A stretch of 64,000 nt of DNA, taken from Blastocladiella emersonii ATCC 22665 (Eukaryota > Fungi > Blastocladiomycota). The notes beneath the pieces were generated by a model. That model did not search any database. It worked only from the letters and a program-made list of their open reading frames with translations, and had not been told where the DNA came from. Location: contig JANHCV010000009.1 in the NCBI GenBank assembly GCA_025594325.1, positions 1,678,283-1,742,282 of the forward strand, in the 5' to 3' direction. Below are positions 62,301 to 64,000 of the stretch, one piece after another; the stretch's first letter is position 1, and the number at the start of each line of letters is the position of its first letter. Both the position numbers and the translations under genes were made by a program.

Positions 62301-64000
62301 GGCTCCTATAAATTACAGTATCGAAGCAACCATGAATCTGGGCAGAGCAATATTGTAAACGAGCCACTCCGACAATTGTCATGGTACTCAAACAAAACCA
62401 TATTCAAATCCTTGACCACCCGCATGACCAGCTAGCCAGGCACCCATAAATCGTAATATCGACTCAACAAAATATCTGAACATGGGAATATAATAAACAA
62501 GCCACGCAGATGATTGTCAGAGCACTCAAACAAAACCATGTTCAAGTCTTTGACTTCCTGCATGTCCAGCTGGTTGGGGACCAATAAATCGTAATATCGA
62601 CGTAACAAATTATCTGACCATGGGAATATAGTAAACCAGCCACGTAGGTAATCGTCATAGTACCAAAACAAAACCATATTCAAATCTTCGCACACCCCCC
62701 ATGATCTGGTGGGCAAGGACCTATAAATCACAGTATCGAACCAACAACATAGTATCTGATGTTCCGGTTGTATCAAACTCGCCACGCTGATTATTGTCAT
62801 GGTACTCAAACAAACCATCTTCAGATCTTCGAATACCCTCACGTCCAGGTGGGCAAGCACCCAGACCGGCAGATGTCCAAATCTACCACTTTGCGCACAC
62901 TCCACTATCCAACGCTTCGATCCTCCTCCAATTATTGAACCCGTCGGCAAAGCGAACGGTCCAATCAACGAGCCAAAAGACAACCTGCCAGACCTGCCAA
63001 CCTGCCAGCCAACCAGCCAACCAGCCAACCAGCCAACCAGCCAACCAGCCAACCAGCCAACCAGCCAACCAACCACCCACGCCGCATCTCAAGCCATGGT
63101 GGGCCCGCACACTCTGGTTGCCGTCCCTGCAAACAAAGGAATGAATGATGAGCCCTGGCAGCCTGGCAGACTGCCAGCCTGCCAGCTCCCAGTCAGTTGC
63201 TCTTATCTATCTCGTAGGTGGTCTGAGAGGTGTTCGTCAGGCAATATACGGCTGGTCTCCTCCTTGCTGCCGGCTCTGCTGTCAGCTCCAAGTCCTGCGT
63301 GATGATGGGCCAGGGAGGGTTACGAGCAGCTCCGCTCTCCCTCGGCGTGAAACCACTCACCCGCTGACGGATGCACACCGCGCACCGCGCACCGCGCACA
63401 CCGCACAGCGCCCGACGCACCACGCGCTGCGCACACGGCGCAAACGGCCACGCTGGTGTCACACACACGCTCGCATGAACGGCGGGCAGGCAAGGCTTCC
63501 TGAACTCAAGAATGATCCATCCTCCAGGTCTGCTTGCGCCAACGGGTGCGCCTGCCTGCCCTCCGAGTGCCATCAATTGCTTGATTCATTCATGTCCAGT
63601 GCTGCCCCATGCTTTCATGGCCGCGGGGTCCATCAGAACGCTTTGCGATGGGTGCGCCTGCACTTGGTGGCAGCCAAGTGGCAAGCAACAACACAGCACC
63701 TGCCTCGCCCTGGCCAACGTACGTTGCAAACAGGGCAGCGGCCGTACGGCGACAGAGTGCTGCAGAGTGCTGCAGAGGGCTGCAGAGGGCTAACGCGGCA
63801 GGGCTCCTCCTGCAGGAGACAGTACCAAGGCCAAGGAGTGCTAGGGACTACTAACTGAATGGTGGGTGAATGACCCACACCAGGCGCTCCTGGCAGGAGT
63901 ACACGTGGGCGTGCGGGCTTTTGTGCGTGCATGCCTGGACTCACTCGTCCACCATCACACGCGCAAAGTGACCAAGTGACCAAGTGACCAAGTGACCAAA

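Larger units (their letters stand above)
53766..64000. repeat. Macrosatellite: head-to-tail 2,574-bp units (53766-56339, 56340-58913, 58914-61487, 61488-window end)
   Basis: The ORF track repeats with a period of 2,574. The only difference I found is G/A at 56278, 58852, 61426 and 64000. Confidence 0.97.

Noticed and set aside
1-64000. tRNA or rRNA genes
   Set aside because: No cloverleaf with A/B boxes and no conserved rRNA segment was recognised by eye; tRNAscan-SE or Infernal would be needed to exclude them formally.

Overview
Eukaryotic, GC-rich, intron-containing genomic DNA with short GT-AG introns (GTACGT/GTGCGT donors, CTGAC/CTAAC branch points). The gene set and an opsin-like class A GPCR suggest an early-diverging zoosporic fungus, most likely Blastocladiomycota (inference). 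Two gene-dense housekeeping blocks (about 1.4-18.9 kb and 33-50.3 kb) encode a GNAT, an ABCC transporter, an opsin-like GPCR, a PDI, a B-box protein, a TTC14-like protein, SYS1, a second 7TM protein, HIBADH, AspRS, MED7, AK6/Fap7, Shp1/p47, ATG3, an MTM1-like carrier and an M16 peptidase. Between them lies a rearranged accessory zone (19-32.6 kb). It contains two non-autonomous TIR elements with CA...TG ends, apparent 2-bp target duplications and GATC-dense subterminal arrays, plus a 2,580-bp inverted copy of the interior of the M16 gene inserted into a decayed reading frame. The right end has an LRR gene clipped by a young 5'-truncated RNase H-bearing LINE, followed by a macrosatellite of 2,574-bp units. 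That array has 138-bp subrepeats, embedded microsatellites and an A/B/A/B variant alternation. All alignments and counts were made by eye; no database searches were run.
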